64,000 nucleotides of DNA from Octopus sinensis (Eukaryota), in contig NC_043017.1 of the NCBI RefSeq assembly GCF_006345805.1, positions 20,894,001-20,958,000 on the forward strand, read 5' to 3'. The notes beneath the pieces are model-generated. The model was not told the origin of the DNA. It did no database searches and saw nothing but the letters and a program-made list of their open reading frames with translations. The position numbers were made by a program, and so were the translations under genes. Below, piece after piece: positions 25,671 to 38,982 of this stretch (position 1 is the stretch's first letter; every line of letters starts with the position of its first letter).

Positions 25671-25896
25671 CAGAGACTCACGCATATATGCGTGAGTGTG
25701 TGTGCTTACACGCCCATATGTGCGTATGTGCATGTACACGTAGAGTTATTATCACACCTAGGAAACTATGAAAACTGTAACAGCAGCAGAAGAAGATGAA
25801 GAATAATGACAACAACAGCATGAACAACAATGACAGAATTGGTAAACCTTCTTCAGAAGAAGATTAAAGAATGTGGGGAGTTGTTAACAGTATGTG

Positions 25897-26525
25897 TATC
25901 ATCATCACCGTCATCATCGTTTAGCGTCTGCTTTCCATGCTAGCATGGGTTGGATGGTTCAACTGGGGTCTGGGAAGCCAGAAGGCTGCACCAGGCCCAG
26001 TCTGATCTGGCAGAGTTTCTACGGCTGGATGCCCTTCCTAACGCCAACCACTCCATGAGTGTAGTGGGTGCTTTTTACGTGCCACTGGCACAGGTGCCAG
26101 ACGGAGCTGGCAAACGGCCACGATCGGATGGTGCTTTTTATGTGCCACCAGCACAGGTGCCAGACGAGGCTGGCAAACGGCCACGATAGGATGGTGCTTT
26201 TTACGTGCCACCAGCACAGGTATCACAACTACAATTTCCATTTGATATTTATTTTGATGTTGATGTACTTGACTCAATAGGTCTCCTCAAGCACAGCAGG
26301 TCATGAGCACTGGCACAGAAACCAGTGAAGGCAATGCTGGCATCAGCCACGTTCGGATGGTGATTTTTCGTGTCACTGGCACGGAGGCCAGTCGGGGCGG
26401 TGCTGGCAACGGCCACGTTCGGATGGTTCTCTTAAGTGCCACCGGCACTGGTATCACAGCTACAATTTACATTGATGTTGATCGAATCCGATTTTGATTT
26501 TGATTTTCACTTGCCTCCACAGGTC
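25897..26525 (-). mobile_element. repeat family C with internal ~62-bp tandem units
   Basis: Family C start, then GGTGCTTTTTACGTGCCAC..GCTGGCAAACGGCCACGAT repeated 3+ times. Confidence 0.8.
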
Positions 26526-26542
26526 TTATGTGTATGTGTGTG

Positions 26543-26939
26543 TTTTACTCTTTTACACATTTCAGTCATTTGACTGCGGCCATGCTGGAGCACCACCTTT
26601 AGTTGAACAAATCGACCTCAAGACTTATTCTTTGTAAGCCTAGCAGTTATTCTATCAGTCTCTTTTGCCAAACTGCTAAGTTTCTGGAACATAAAGACAC
26701 CAGCATTGGTTGTCAAGCATTGGTAGGGGGACAAAAACACACACACGCATAAATATTTATATTTTACATTTATAGGTGTAGGAGTGGCTGTGTGGTAAGA
26801 AGCTTGATTACGAACCAGATGGTACTGGGTTCAGTCCCACTGTGTGGCACCTTGGGCAAGTGTCTTCTACTACAGCCTCGGGCCAACCAAAGCCTTGTGA
26901 GTGGATTTTGTAGACCGAAACTGAAAGAAGCCCGTCGTA

Positions 26940-26970
<31 letters not shown>

Positions 26971-27158
26971 GCGTGTGTATATGTTTGTGTGTCTGTGGGA
27001 CACCCACCATATTCACAAGACATTACCCCATCTGATTATCATTTATTCCACAGGTTCAGTCCCACTGTGTGGTACCTAGGACAAGTGTCTTCTACTATGG
27101 CCTTGGGCTGACCAAAGCCTTGTGAGTAGATCTAGTAGACGGAAACTGAAGAAGCCTG

Positions 27159-27237
<79 letters not shown>

Positions 27238-27420
27238 GCATATGTTTGTGTGTCTGTGGGACACCCACCATATTCACAAGACATTACCCCATCTGATTAT
27301 CATTTATTCCACAGGTTCAGTCCCACTGTGTGGTACCTAGGACAAGTGTCTTCTACTATGGCCTTGGGCTGACCAAAGCCTTGTGAGTAGATCTAGTAGA
27401 CGGAAACTGAAAGAAGCCTG

Positions 27421-27492
<72 letters not shown>

Positions 27493-28014
27493 GCATATGT
27501 TTGTGTGTCTGTGTTTGTCACCCACCATCACTTGACAACCAATGTTGGTGTATTTACGTCCCCGTAACTTAGTGGTTCGGCAAAAGAGACTGACAGAATA
27601 AGTACTAGGCTTACAAAGAATAAGTCCTGGGGTCGATTAGCTCAACTAAAGGTGGTGCTCCAGCTTGGCTGCAGTCAAATGACTGAAACAAATAAAAGAA
27701 TACACACACATCTACACACACTGTAAATTGTCTATATGTATATATGTACATATGTATGTACATTTGTATACACATGTACATACATACTCTTTACTCTCTC
27801 TCCTTTACTCTTTTACTTGTTTCAGTCATTTGACTGCGGCCATGCTGGAGCACTGCCTTTAGTCGAGCAAATCGCCGCTGGGACTTATTCTTTGTAAGCC
27901 CAGTACTTATTCTATCGGTCTGTTTTGCCAAAGCGCTAAGTGACGGGGACGTAAACACCCCAGCATTGGTTGTCAAGCGATGCTAGGGAGACAAATATAG
28001 ACACACAAACACAT

Positions 28015-28045
<31 letters not shown>

Positions 28046-28212
28046 CATATATACAACAGGCTTCTTTCAGTTTCCGTCTACCAAATCCACTCAAAAGGCA
28101 TTGATTGGCCCAGGGCTATAGCAGAAGACACTTGCCCAAGATGCCACGCAGTGGGACTGAACCCGGAACCATGTGGCTGGTTAGCAAGCTACTTACCACA
28201 CAGCCACTCCTG
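26543..28212. mobile_element. cluster of SINE A copies in both orientations, including a 261-bp tandem duplication
   Basis: Minus tail 26543-26745, plus copies 26775-27700, full minus copy 27786-28212; GGACACCCACCATATTCACAAGAC unit at 26998 and 27259. Confidence 0.88.
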
Positions 28213-28419
28213 CGCGTATGTGTATACGAAAATAAATGTTTATTACAAATATGCATGTGTGTGTATATATATATATATGTATATGGAGCGAGAGAGAGAG
28301 AGAGAGAGAGAGAGCAAGGGGAGAGAGTGGAAGGAAAAGAGAATGGCTTCTCTTCCCTTAAGACTTCACTCACTCTCTCTCTCTCTTCCACACACGCACA
28401 AACAGAAACACACACACAG

Positions 28420-28450
<31 letters not shown>

Positions 28451-28949
28451 GACTGACAGAGCTTCAAGAAATTCACTTGAAGAAAGCTCACGGCATCCAG
28501 GAATAAATAGAAACAATGGCTAACTTGAAGGTTTGGCAAGATCTCCTAAATTATTTCTACACACAGCGCTTTAAAAGTGCCAGGGAACTTTCTGGAAAGA
28601 ACATTCTTTAAATATTGCAGGGAAACTGTGCATCTGTTCAATGAGTGTGTGCATGTGTGTATGTGTGTGTGTGTGTGTGTATGTCCATGTGTGTGCATAG
28701 TTATACTGGCTGTTATGAAGCATATGCAGTCGTATTTTAGCGGAACATTCTATATGCATCCACACAAATATTTATAATTGTGTGAGGGAATAAATAAATT
28801 TAAGCTTGAATGAATGTATGCGTATATGAATGTATGTATGCATATACATATGTGTGCATGAGTGTGTGTGTGTGGTGTGTCTTATGTACTCAGCTATCTA
28901 TATATTTATGTATGTATGAATGTATGTAGGTATATATATATACATACCG

Positions 28950-28991
<42 letters not shown>

Positions 28992-29636
28992 ACATATATC
29001 TTATGTATGTATCTTATCATCATCGTCATCATCATCGTCATCATCATTTAATGTCCATTTTCCATGCTGGCATGGGTTAGATGTGTTGACAGGAGCTGGC
29101 AAGTCAGAAGATTGCATGAAGCTCTGCCGCCTGATTTGGCATGATTTCTACAGCTCAATGCTCCTTCCAGTGCCAATCATTTTACAGAGTGTACTGGGTG
29201 CTTTTTATGTGGCACTAACAGCAGTAAAGTCCCCTAATGATTTGCAGAACAAGACCCTTTACCCTTAACTTATAGTATTGAGGGACAGAGATGACGTTTT
29301 GCATTAGAAGTGAGACATGGCTACCTCAAATAGGGAAGAGAGAGAGGTCGAGTTGAGGGTCCACATAGGCAAGTTATAAGGTGGTGTATATAGTGGAGGG
29401 GACCAGAGATTGCAGAAGGTGGAGTAGTGGGTGAATTCACAAGATTTCAAGAGGAGTGTAGGAGTAGAAGATTGAGGGGAGGGAAGGGATTTAATAGGGG
29501 CACTCTGTGTGTTGTAGGTACATGGACACGTGAGGAAGAATGAGGGGAAAGGATTTATGTATGCATGTATGTATGTCCTCTTCTGTATTTAGTTATTCAA
29601 AATTTTCAGAAGCAGGGAATCTAAAACCACATTATA

Positions 29637-30118
29637 TATTTCTTTACTACCCACAAAGGGCTAAACACAGAGAAGACAAACAAGGACAGACAAACGGATT
29701 AAGTCGATCAGATCGACCCCAGTGTGTAACTGGTACTTAATTTATCGACCCCGAAAGGATGAATGGCAAAGTCGACCTCGGCGGAATTTGAACCCAGAAC
29801 GTAACGGCAGACGAAATACGGCTACGCATTTCGCCCAGGCGTGCTAACGATTCTGCCAGCTCGACCACATTATACAACACACCCATTGAATAAAATTCCT
29901 TGCATTGAGCTGGCAGACTTGTTAAGCACACTGGATGAAATGCTTAGAGGCATTTTGTTCATCTGCACATTCTGGGTTCAGATTCTGCCGAGATCGACTT
30001 TGCCTTTCATCGTTTTGGGACTGATAAAATAAGCACCAGTTGAATATTGGGATCGATGTTATCGTCTATCCCTCTCCCCTAAAATTTCAGGCCTTGTATC
30101 TATAGCAGAAAGGATTAT
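29637..30118. mobile_element. head-to-head pair of SINE B copies
   Basis: Minus copy 29637-29866 (Tx1-like tail) and plus copy 29906-30118 (short tail). Confidence 0.85.
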
Positions 30119-30823
30119 TTATTCTAAGATCAAATCCATCTGAGGCCACCACTGCCTTTCATTCTTCCAGGCCAGTGAGGCTAATCAAATAAAGCACCAG
30201 TTAAGTATTGGTGTTGATTTAATCAGTTACTGTATTGGATGGCATAAAAGGAGCACTCGCTTATTAAATGCACCCTAATTTCCGTAGCACACATTCACGA
30301 AAAAAAAATGCTTTTAGTGCATAAAATCTTGAGGGAGACCCAACTTTGCATATAAAACCTAAGATGATTTTTCGTGATATTATTTTTAGGAACAAAAAGT
30401 GCTTCTAATATGCTAACTCGTTCCTCAAATTTATGGCCTTGAGCCTAAGCAGAAAATTTATCATATGTTAGATTATATATAACAGCGAAGTTTCCTTATC
30501 ATCGATTTTAATATTGGAAGGAGGAAAAAACCCAATCTTATTCACAAAGGAGAGATAAAGTAAATGGTTCGGAATAATATAATAAAAAAAAAAAATCAAC
30601 ATTTCTACTCTGGTTATAATCCAGGAAGAAAATATGTGGAATGCTGTTATTTGCTAAATTAGTTTGAGTGACCTTGGACAGGGTTTTATATCATGTTATG
30701 TATGCTATTTCAGTATTTCACTGACAGCCTACATTTCACAGTCATCTCTTGTCGTTTTAACCTCACTGATGAAAATGTTGAAACAGTGATGTATTGATGT
30801 GACCTAATCTAATGTACACTGAC

Positions 30824-30829
<6 letters not shown>

Positions 30830-30885
<56 letters not shown>

Positions 30886-30962
30886 GACAGAGAGATACAC
30901 AAACACTTATCCACAGAGTAGTAGTGAAGTCAATAATCAATGACTTGCCAATGAATTAATAT

Positions 30963-30994
<32 letters not shown>

Positions 30995-32242
30995 GACACA
31001 CACACACACATATATATAAACATACATATATGGATACATGATTGCATGTATACATATATATGTATACATGCCTGTATATATATATATATACATGTATGTA
31101 TATATATGTGAGTGTGTACATGCATGTGTGTGTGTGTAGATATGATTATGCATGAGCCATACTCAATTTACTATCAAGATTTACTATTTCTTCAATCATG
31201 CTGACAAAAGAAGAGCAAAGACTTGCTGCCAAATTAATTTCCCAAGACTTTTGCTAGAATTGCCCTGCGGCCCCTAACACTGCCCTAAACATACGCTTAC
31301 CTAATAGTATACCTTTAAATAACTTTAAACCTTTTACTGTCACACTTGATTCCAAGATTTAGAAGCTCATGTGCCACTTCCACATACCATTTCATCATCG
31401 TCATCATCATCATTGTTGTCATCATTTAATGTTTGATTTCCATGCTGACATTGGTTGGATGATTTGACAGGGTGTGACAAGTCCAAAGACGACATCCTGT
31501 TCTGGTGTCTTCTCTGGAAAGGATCCTGCAGCTCCTCCTAGATCTAACCACTGAGACTTATAAAAAGAATTGTCAGCAGAATTCTATTTTATGCATAGTA
31601 TATTACTCTTTTAGTTTTTGGAACTTTCAGAAAATTTCCAAAAATCAAAGAAATTTACTATTCATCGTCTTCTCATTCCCCATGTGTAGAATAGAAATTC
31701 ACAAGAATTTTCTGAAAATTCCAAAAAAATGCAAAATGTTATGAGGGTTTATATGCCATGTGTGAAGCAGAATTCCACTGAATTGTCTGCAATTAAGCAA
31801 ACTAGATTCAACACTTGCAGAGATATCCAGCCTCATTCCCTTACTTCTCTTGATCTAAATTCTTCAATTAGCCAGAGTCTCAGTCTAACGATCTTGAATA
31901 TCATCCTCCAAAAACTAAAAAAAAGGAAGGGAATTCTGAATCATGATAAAAATATGAACAATGGGTACCTCAGTCATCAAATACCTAAGAAATGTTAGGT
32001 TATATGACAAAAGTGCTCAATATCACATCGAGCCAGTGGGAAAAAAAACTTACTGAACAGGCATAGGAGTGGCTGTGTGGTAAGTAGCTTGCTTACGAAC
32101 GACATGGTTCTGGGTTCAGTCCCACTGTGTGGCACCTTGGGCTAGTGTCTTCTACTATAGCCTCGGGCCGACCAAAGCCTTGTGAGTGGATTTGGTAGAC
32201 GGAAACTGAAAGAAGCCCATCATGTATATATATATATATATA

Positions 32243-32287
<45 letters not shown>

Positions 32288-33623
32288 GACAGAGAGATAC
32301 ACAAACACTTATCCACAGAGTAGTAGTGAAGTCAATAATCAATGACTTGCCAATGAATTAATATTCTCTCTCTCTCTCTATATATATATATATAGACACA
32401 CACACACACATATATATAAACATACATATATGGATACATGATTGCATGTATACATATATATGTATACATGCCTGTATATATATATATACATGTATGTATA
32501 TATATGTGAGTGTGTACATGCATGTGTGTGTGTGTAGATATGATTATGCATGAGCCATACTCAATTTACTATCAAGATTTACTATTTCTTCAATCATGCT
32601 GACAAAAGAAGAGCAAAGACTTGCTGCCAAATTAATTTCCCAAGACTTTTGCTAGAATTGCCCTGCAGCCCCTAACACTGCCCTAAACATACGCTTACCT
32701 AATAGTATACCTTTAAATAACTTTAAACCTTTTACTGTCACACTTGATTCCAAGATTTAGAAGCTCATGTGCCACTTCCACATACCATTTCATCATCGTC
32801 ATCATCATCATTGTTGTCATCATTTAATGTTTGATTTCCATGCTGACATTGGTTGGATGATTTGACAGGGTGTGACAAGTCCAAAGACGACATCCTGTTC
32901 TGGTGTCTTCTCTGGAAAGGATCCTGCAGCTCCTCCTAGATCTAACCACTGAGACTTATAAAAAGAATTGTCAGCAGAATTCTATTTTATGCATAGTATA
33001 TTACTCTTTTAGTTTTTGGAACTTTCAGAAAATTTCCAAAAATCAAAGAAATTTACTATTCATCGTCTTCTCATTCCCCATGTGTAGAATAGAAATTCAC
33101 AAGAATTTTCTGAAAATTCCAAAAAAATGCAAAATGTTATGAGGGTTTATATGCCATGTGTGAAGCAGAATTCCACTGAATTGTCTGCAATTAAGCAAAC
33201 TAGATTCAACACTTTGCAGAGATATCCAGCCTCATTCCCTTACTTCTCTTGATCTAAATTCTTCAATTAGCCAGAGTCTCAGTCTAACGATCTTGAATAT
33301 CATCCTCCAAAAACTAAAAAAAAGGAAGGGAATTCTGAATCATTGATAAAAATATGAACAATGGGTACCTCAGTCATCAAATACCTAAGAAATGTTAGGT
33401 TATATGACAAAAGTGCTCAATATCACATCGAGCCAGTGGGAAAAAAAACTTACTGAACAGGCATAGGAGTGGCTGTGTGGTAAGTAGCTTGCTTACGAAC
33501 GACATGGTTCTGGGTTCAGTCCCACTGTGTGGCACCTTGGGCTAGTGTCTTCTACTATAGCCTCGGGCCGACCAAAGCCTTGTGAGTGGATTTGGTAGAC
33601 GAAACTGAAAGAAGCCCATCATG

Positions 33624-33657
<34 letters not shown>

Positions 33658-34893
33658 ATATAGACACACACACACACATATATATAAACATACATATATG
33701 GATACATGATTGCATGTATACATATATATGTATACATGCCTGTATATATATATATATACATGTATGTATATATATGTGAGTGTGTACATGCATGTGTGTG
33801 TGTGTGTAGATATGATTATGCATGAGCCATACTCAATTTACTATCAAGATTTACTATTTCTTCAATCATGCTGACAAAAGAAGAGCAAAGACTTGCTGCC
33901 AAATTAATTTCCCAAGACTTTTGCTAGAATTGCCCTGCGGCCCCTAACACTGCCCTAAACATACGCTTACCTAATAGTATACCTTTAAATAACTTTAAAC
34001 CTTTTACTGTCACACTTGATTCCAAGATTTAGAAGCTCATGTGCCACTTCCACATACCATTTCATCATCGTCATCATCATCATTGTTGTCATCATTTAAT
34101 GTTTGATTTCCATGCTGACATTGGTTGGATGATTTGACAGGGTGTGACAAGTCCAAAGACGACATCCTGTTCTGGTGTCTTCTCTGGAAAGGATCCTGCA
34201 GCTCCTCCTAGATCTAACCACTGAGACTTATAAAAAGAATTGTCAGCAGAATTCTATTTTATGCATAGTATATTACTCTTTTAGTTTTTGGAACTTTCAG
34301 AAAATTTCCAAAAATCAAAGAAATTTACTATTCATCGTCTTCTCATTCCCCATGTGTAGAATAGAAATTCACAAGAATTTTCTGAAAATTCCAAAAAAAT
34401 GCAAAATGTTATGAGGGTTTATATGCCATGTGTGAAGCAGAATTCCACTGAATTGTCTGCAATTAAGCAAACTAGATTCAACACTTTGCAGAGATATCCA
34501 GCCTCATTCCCTTACTTCTCTTGATCTAAATTCTTCAATTAGCCAGAGTCTCAGTCTAACGATCTTGAATATCATCCTCCAAAAACTAAAAAAAAGGAAG
34601 GGAATTCTGAATCATTGATAAAAATATGAACAATGGGTACCTCAGTCATCAAATACCTAAGAAATGTTAGGTTATATGACAAAAGTGCTCAATATCACAT
34701 CGAGCCAGTGGGAAAAAAAACTTACTGAACAGGCATAGGAGTGGCTGTGTGGTAAGTAGCTTGCTTACGAACGACATGGTTCTGGGTTCAGTCCCACTGT
34801 GTGGCACCTTGGGCTAGTGTCTTCTACTATAGCCTCGGGCCGACCAAAGCCTTGTGAGTGGATTTGGTAGACGGAAACTGAAAGAAGCCCATC

Positions 34894-34930
<37 letters not shown>
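30830..34930 (+). repeat. near-identical tandem triplication (offsets 1398 and 1272 bp)
   Basis: Identical ORF-track peptide at 31505, 32903 and 34175; copies differ by a few 1-nt indels, one visible substitution and TA-tract lengths. Confidence 0.95.
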
Positions 34931-34943
<13 letters not shown>

Positions 34944-35168
34944 ATATGTTTGTGTGTCTGTGTTTGTCCCCACCAACATCGCTTGACAACCGATGCTGGT
35001 GTGTTTATGTCCCCGTAACTTAGCGGTTCGGCAAAAGAGACTGACAGAATAAGTACTAGGCTTACAAAGAATAAGTCCTGGGGTCGATTTGCTCAACTAA
35101 AAGTCGTGCTCCAGCATGGCCACAGACAAATGACTGAAACAAGTAAAAGAGTAAAAGAGAGTAAGAGT
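34731..35168 (+). mobile_element. SINE family A, full length (5' halves also at ~32060 and ~33460)
   Basis: Complete head-body-tail match to family A. Confidence 0.9.
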
Positions 35169-35474
35169 AACGGACATTTGTAATCAAAGAAGATTCCAAG
35201 GTAGAGGTAAGCAAAATTGTTCAACCTAAAATTAAGCTCAGAAATATCAGGTAATCCATAATCTTCTGTCTAATTTTAAGATTCACAAAGCACATACTGT
35301 AAGGTGGTTGATATTAAGAAAGGCTTTCAACTGTAGAAAACATGTCAAAGCTGGCACTAAAGCTCAGCACAGCCCTGCTGCGATTTGCTGGAGCCTGTCA
35401 ATTGTCCAACCCATGCCAGCATGGAAAAACAGACGTATGATTATGATGAGGATGATGATACTGCTACTGATGCT

Positions 35475-35690
35475 GAAAGCTACACCTGAGATTAAAATTA
35501 GACCTATTGCATCCAACATTGAAGTATCCTGGTTCCTATTTGAAACCCTCAAACCTCAAGCCACTATAGCATGTCTTTCTTGGATATGCTAACGGGTCCA
35601 ACAATGTCACAGCTGATTAAATAATCTTGAACTCATTACAACTAAACATAGTAAATATACCTTTAGCGATGAAGTGGTGAAGTATGACCT
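35475..35690 (+). pseudogene. possible degraded Penelope-type reverse transcriptase fragment
   Basis: PEIKIRPIASNIEVSWFLFETLKP resembles the PLE RT 'RPIVS..L..LLKP' region; an upstream IIDKNM..GTSVI-like motif lies at ~34610-34650. Weak. Confidence 0.35.
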
Positions 35691-37029
35691 TTGAATGTTG
35701 GGCCTCATGGAGATGATGACAAGTGACCAAGACCTTTCACAATTTGCAGTGCCACTGAGGTCAACTTAGTACCAGTTGCATACTGGTTGATCTAATCGAT
35801 TGGCCCATTCCCCAAAAATTTCAGGCCTTGTTTCTAGAGTAGAAACGAATATGCTGTGCTTGAGAAGACTTGTCATGCTAAGTGAAACCACAGTTGTGGC
35901 CATTGACAGTATCATGTAAATGACACCTATGCCAGTGGCACATAAAAAGCACCCACTACATTCTTGGAGTGGTTGGTGTTAGGAAGGGCATCCTGCTGCA
36001 GAAACTAAGCCAAATCAGACTGGAATCTGGTGCAGCTCTCTAGTTTACTTGTTTACCAGTTAAATCACCTCACCCATGCCAGCATGGAAAGTGAATATTA
36101 AAAGATGATGATGAAGATGATAATGATTTGTCTCAGAAATGCTGCAAAGGGCTAAAGGTATTGCCCCCTTTCTTGACTGAAAGTATAAAAATCTTTTAAA
36201 TCTGATGGTAACAGGGAAATCATGGTTAGAGGATGGGGTTATTCCTGGGAAGTGAAATTCAGGGAAGACAGGATGGGATGAGGTTATTGATGTATTGGAC
36301 TTAAGGGTTGGGTTAGGGTTAGAGTGATGAGAAAACAAGAGGTAAGTCCCATGGAGATGGAATGAGGTTAGCATGAGACCAGCCAGTGTCAAGGATCAAT
36401 GGCCATTCATGTAATAGCAGTAGTAGCGGTGGTGGTGGTGGTGATGGTGGTGGTGGTAGGAGTAGATAATATGAGACAGAATTTCTGTGGGCCAGATGTT
36501 GAAGACATATTGGCAACACAATCATTTTATACCAATCAATCAGGTAACCTAATATTTGGATGCTGTCTAGGATTTTTGCATTGGTGGTGGTTGCAGCAGC
36601 AGCAGCACCACCACCACCAAAACCACCACCACCACCATACCACCACCACCACCAAAACCACCACCACCACCACCACCACCATCCCACCGCCGCCGCCGCC
36701 ACCACCACCACTAACATCGCCACCGCCATTAACATCCCAGATATCGATAAGGTCAATGCTTAATTCAAATGAGGAAGTTATGTAAGAGGCAGGAAAAACA
36801 ACCATGTTTTAATGTTCCGGTAAAACCATAAGAGAAAAAAAGAGAAAGTCTCTTAGATCTGAATAACGATTGCCTTTCGACGGTCAAGAATGAACAGGAA
36901 GTGAGCAGAGGATGTGTGGAGGTGTAATTGGTCATCAAAGCAGTAATGAGAGTGTTTGGCCAGAGTAATGTCCAGCTAGCAAAAAATGAATAAAAGAAAC
37001 TAAACTGGCCAGGGTTTTCTGCTATGAAA

Positions 37030-37270
37030 TTGCGTGGCTTTGTGGCTAGGGTGGTGTACTCAGCGCATGCAAGATCGTGGGTTCAATTCTAAGGCTGGGT
37101 GGTGTGTTGTGTTCTTTAGCAAAACACTGCATTTCACCTTGTTCCAGTCCACTCAGCTGTGAATGTGTAATTCCTTGAAGGGACCGGTGTCCTGTCCAGA
37201 GGAATGTTGTCAATGCTGTCACTTACAAACTGGGGAAACCAAGTAACTGTCCCTATGAATCCTTTGATTC
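37030..37270 (+). mobile_element. tRNA-headed SINE (family E)
   Basis: GCGTGGCTTTGTGGCTAGGG..GGTTCAATTC..TGTGTTCTTTAGCAAAACACT..CCAGTCCACTCAGCTG; related to 43843-44027 and 13615-13710. Confidence 0.7.
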
Positions 37271-37737
37271 AAGACAATAATGTCCAGGGCAATTACTTAC
37301 ATCATCATCATCATTATTGTTACCATTGTCAATCGGTATTATTTTTTTTTACATCCATTTTTCTATGCTTGTATGGGTCACATGAAATTCATTGAAGCAT
37401 ATTTTCTATGCTTGAATACTCTTAATGTAGTAGTAGAAAAAACTTTCAGACCTATGTTCCAAACTTTTGGCCAAGTAATAATATATTGCCAACCAAATGT
37501 AACTTTGAGCATTAAATATACAAAAATTTTAATTTTCAGACATATGTTCAAAACTTTTGGCCACAATTGTAGATGACACCTTTACACCCCTCAGATTACA
37601 ACCCTTCAATTCATGGGTCTGTTTGGGTAGGCATTGCTGGAGAGGATTTTATAAGGCTTAATGCAGTCTTCTCACTTGCCAAACATTTACCAGCATTGAA
37701 AAGGGAGGTTAAATGATGGTGATGATACGCAGATGCT

Positions 37738-37777
<40 letters not shown>

Positions 37778-37865
37778 TTGGTAAAAACGGTAAGATAACA
37801 AAAGAAAGAAAGAGACCTCAATATTATGTAAATAGAGGAAATTTATCTATAAAATAATATGTAAA

Positions 37866-38289
37866 ATAAAGCTACAGTAACACCCCCTCCCCAATGTGGT
37901 TAGCCATGATAAGATGGCTTCTATACTTTACATTATCGAGCGATTACTGTTTCATTCTCATTCTGAGATTTAATTATGCTTACTGTTCGTTTTTCGACAT
38001 CAGTGGCAGACGCCATTAGAAAAACTTATATCTATTTGCAAAGAGGCCTTCACTTTCCTCGCGACCTGGTGGTTACCGCCCGTTGACGAGGGACAACAAT
38101 CCCAAAACTAGTTCGAGCGTATCACTCAGGCTTGCGAGGAAGGGATGGCCTCCCTTTGCAAATACTCCAAGGACACTGATATTGTGTCTAAAGCCAGCTA
38201 GAGACGAAGATCTCTTGGGGCTATAAAGCTATAGTAACACCCCCTCCCCAATGTGGTTAGTCATGATAAGATGGCTTCTATACTTTACA
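37866..38289 (+). mobile_element. retrozyme/Penelope-like element family H1, ~357-bp monomer with ~65-bp terminal direct repeat
   Basis: AAAGCTA(C/T)AGTAACACCCC..GATAAGATGGCTTCTATACTTTACA at 37868-37932 and 38225-38289; internal hammerhead; no ORF. Confidence 0.78.
38077..38119 (+). ncRNA. type I hammerhead ribozyme, probably inactivated copy
   Basis: CGCCCG-TTGACGA-GGGA caacaa TCCC-AAAA-CTAG-TT-CGAGCG; same architecture as 19947 with compensatory stems; GAAA changed to AAAA. Confidence 0.72.
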
Positions 38290-38535
38290 ATATGTACAGA
38301 GATGGCCAGATAACCGAAGAGATGGTGTTGTGGATTTCCACTTCGGCATCTGAAACTCAGAGTTTTATCTTGACTATTGAGTAATTGTACATATTATTTT
38401 ATATATATATATGAAATTACTACGATGATCCGGTTCTTGACTGAAGACTGAGGGTTTCGAATGTCCTGTCCGTGTTTATTGTATCGTCTTCTAAGAGTTA
38501 TACGTTCTTGTCCATGTTGTATTTTTCTACATACC

Positions 38536-38573
<38 letters not shown>

Positions 38574-38729
38574 TTTCGTATATTTGTACCCCCAGTGTCA
38601 CTTTGATGGCACACACTACCCTCTCACTCAATAATAATAATGATAATAATAATAATAACAATAATAATAATAATAACAATAATAATAATAATAACAACAA
38701 TAATAATAATAACAGTAATAATAACAATA

Positions 38730-38943
38730 AACCTTTTCTACTAAAGACACAAGGCCTGAAATTCGGGGGAGGGGTTAAGTCAATTACATCGACCCCAATA
38801 TGTAACTGGTACTTATTTCATTGACCCCGAAAGGATGAAAGGCAAAGTCAACTTTCACAGAATTTAAACTCAGAATCTGAAGATGGATGAACTGCCACTA
38901 AGCATCTCACCCAACATGCTAATGATTCTGCCAGCTTGCTGCC

Positions 38944-38945
<2 letters not shown>
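38730..38945 (-). mobile_element. SINE family B
   Basis: Reverse-complement core between (AAT)n tracts. Confidence 0.8.

Positions 38946-38980
<35 letters not shown>

Positions 38981-38982
<2 letters not shown>

Noticed and set aside
26067-26460. ~62-bp repeats superficially like a CRISPR array
   Set aside because: Whole units are repeated with no unique spacers; internal to a eukaryotic dispersed repeat; no cas genes.
30762-30790. CTGATGA..GAAA motif
   Set aside because: Stem II would be only two A-U pairs and no stem I or NUH site forms; it is a simple hairpin.
31505-31744. 79-aa ORF present three times
   Set aside because: Identity is due to the DNA triplication; non-ATG start and begins inside a repeat.
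38430-38475. CTGAAGA and TTTCG close together
   Set aside because: The two half-motifs are on opposite strands and cannot form a hammerhead core.
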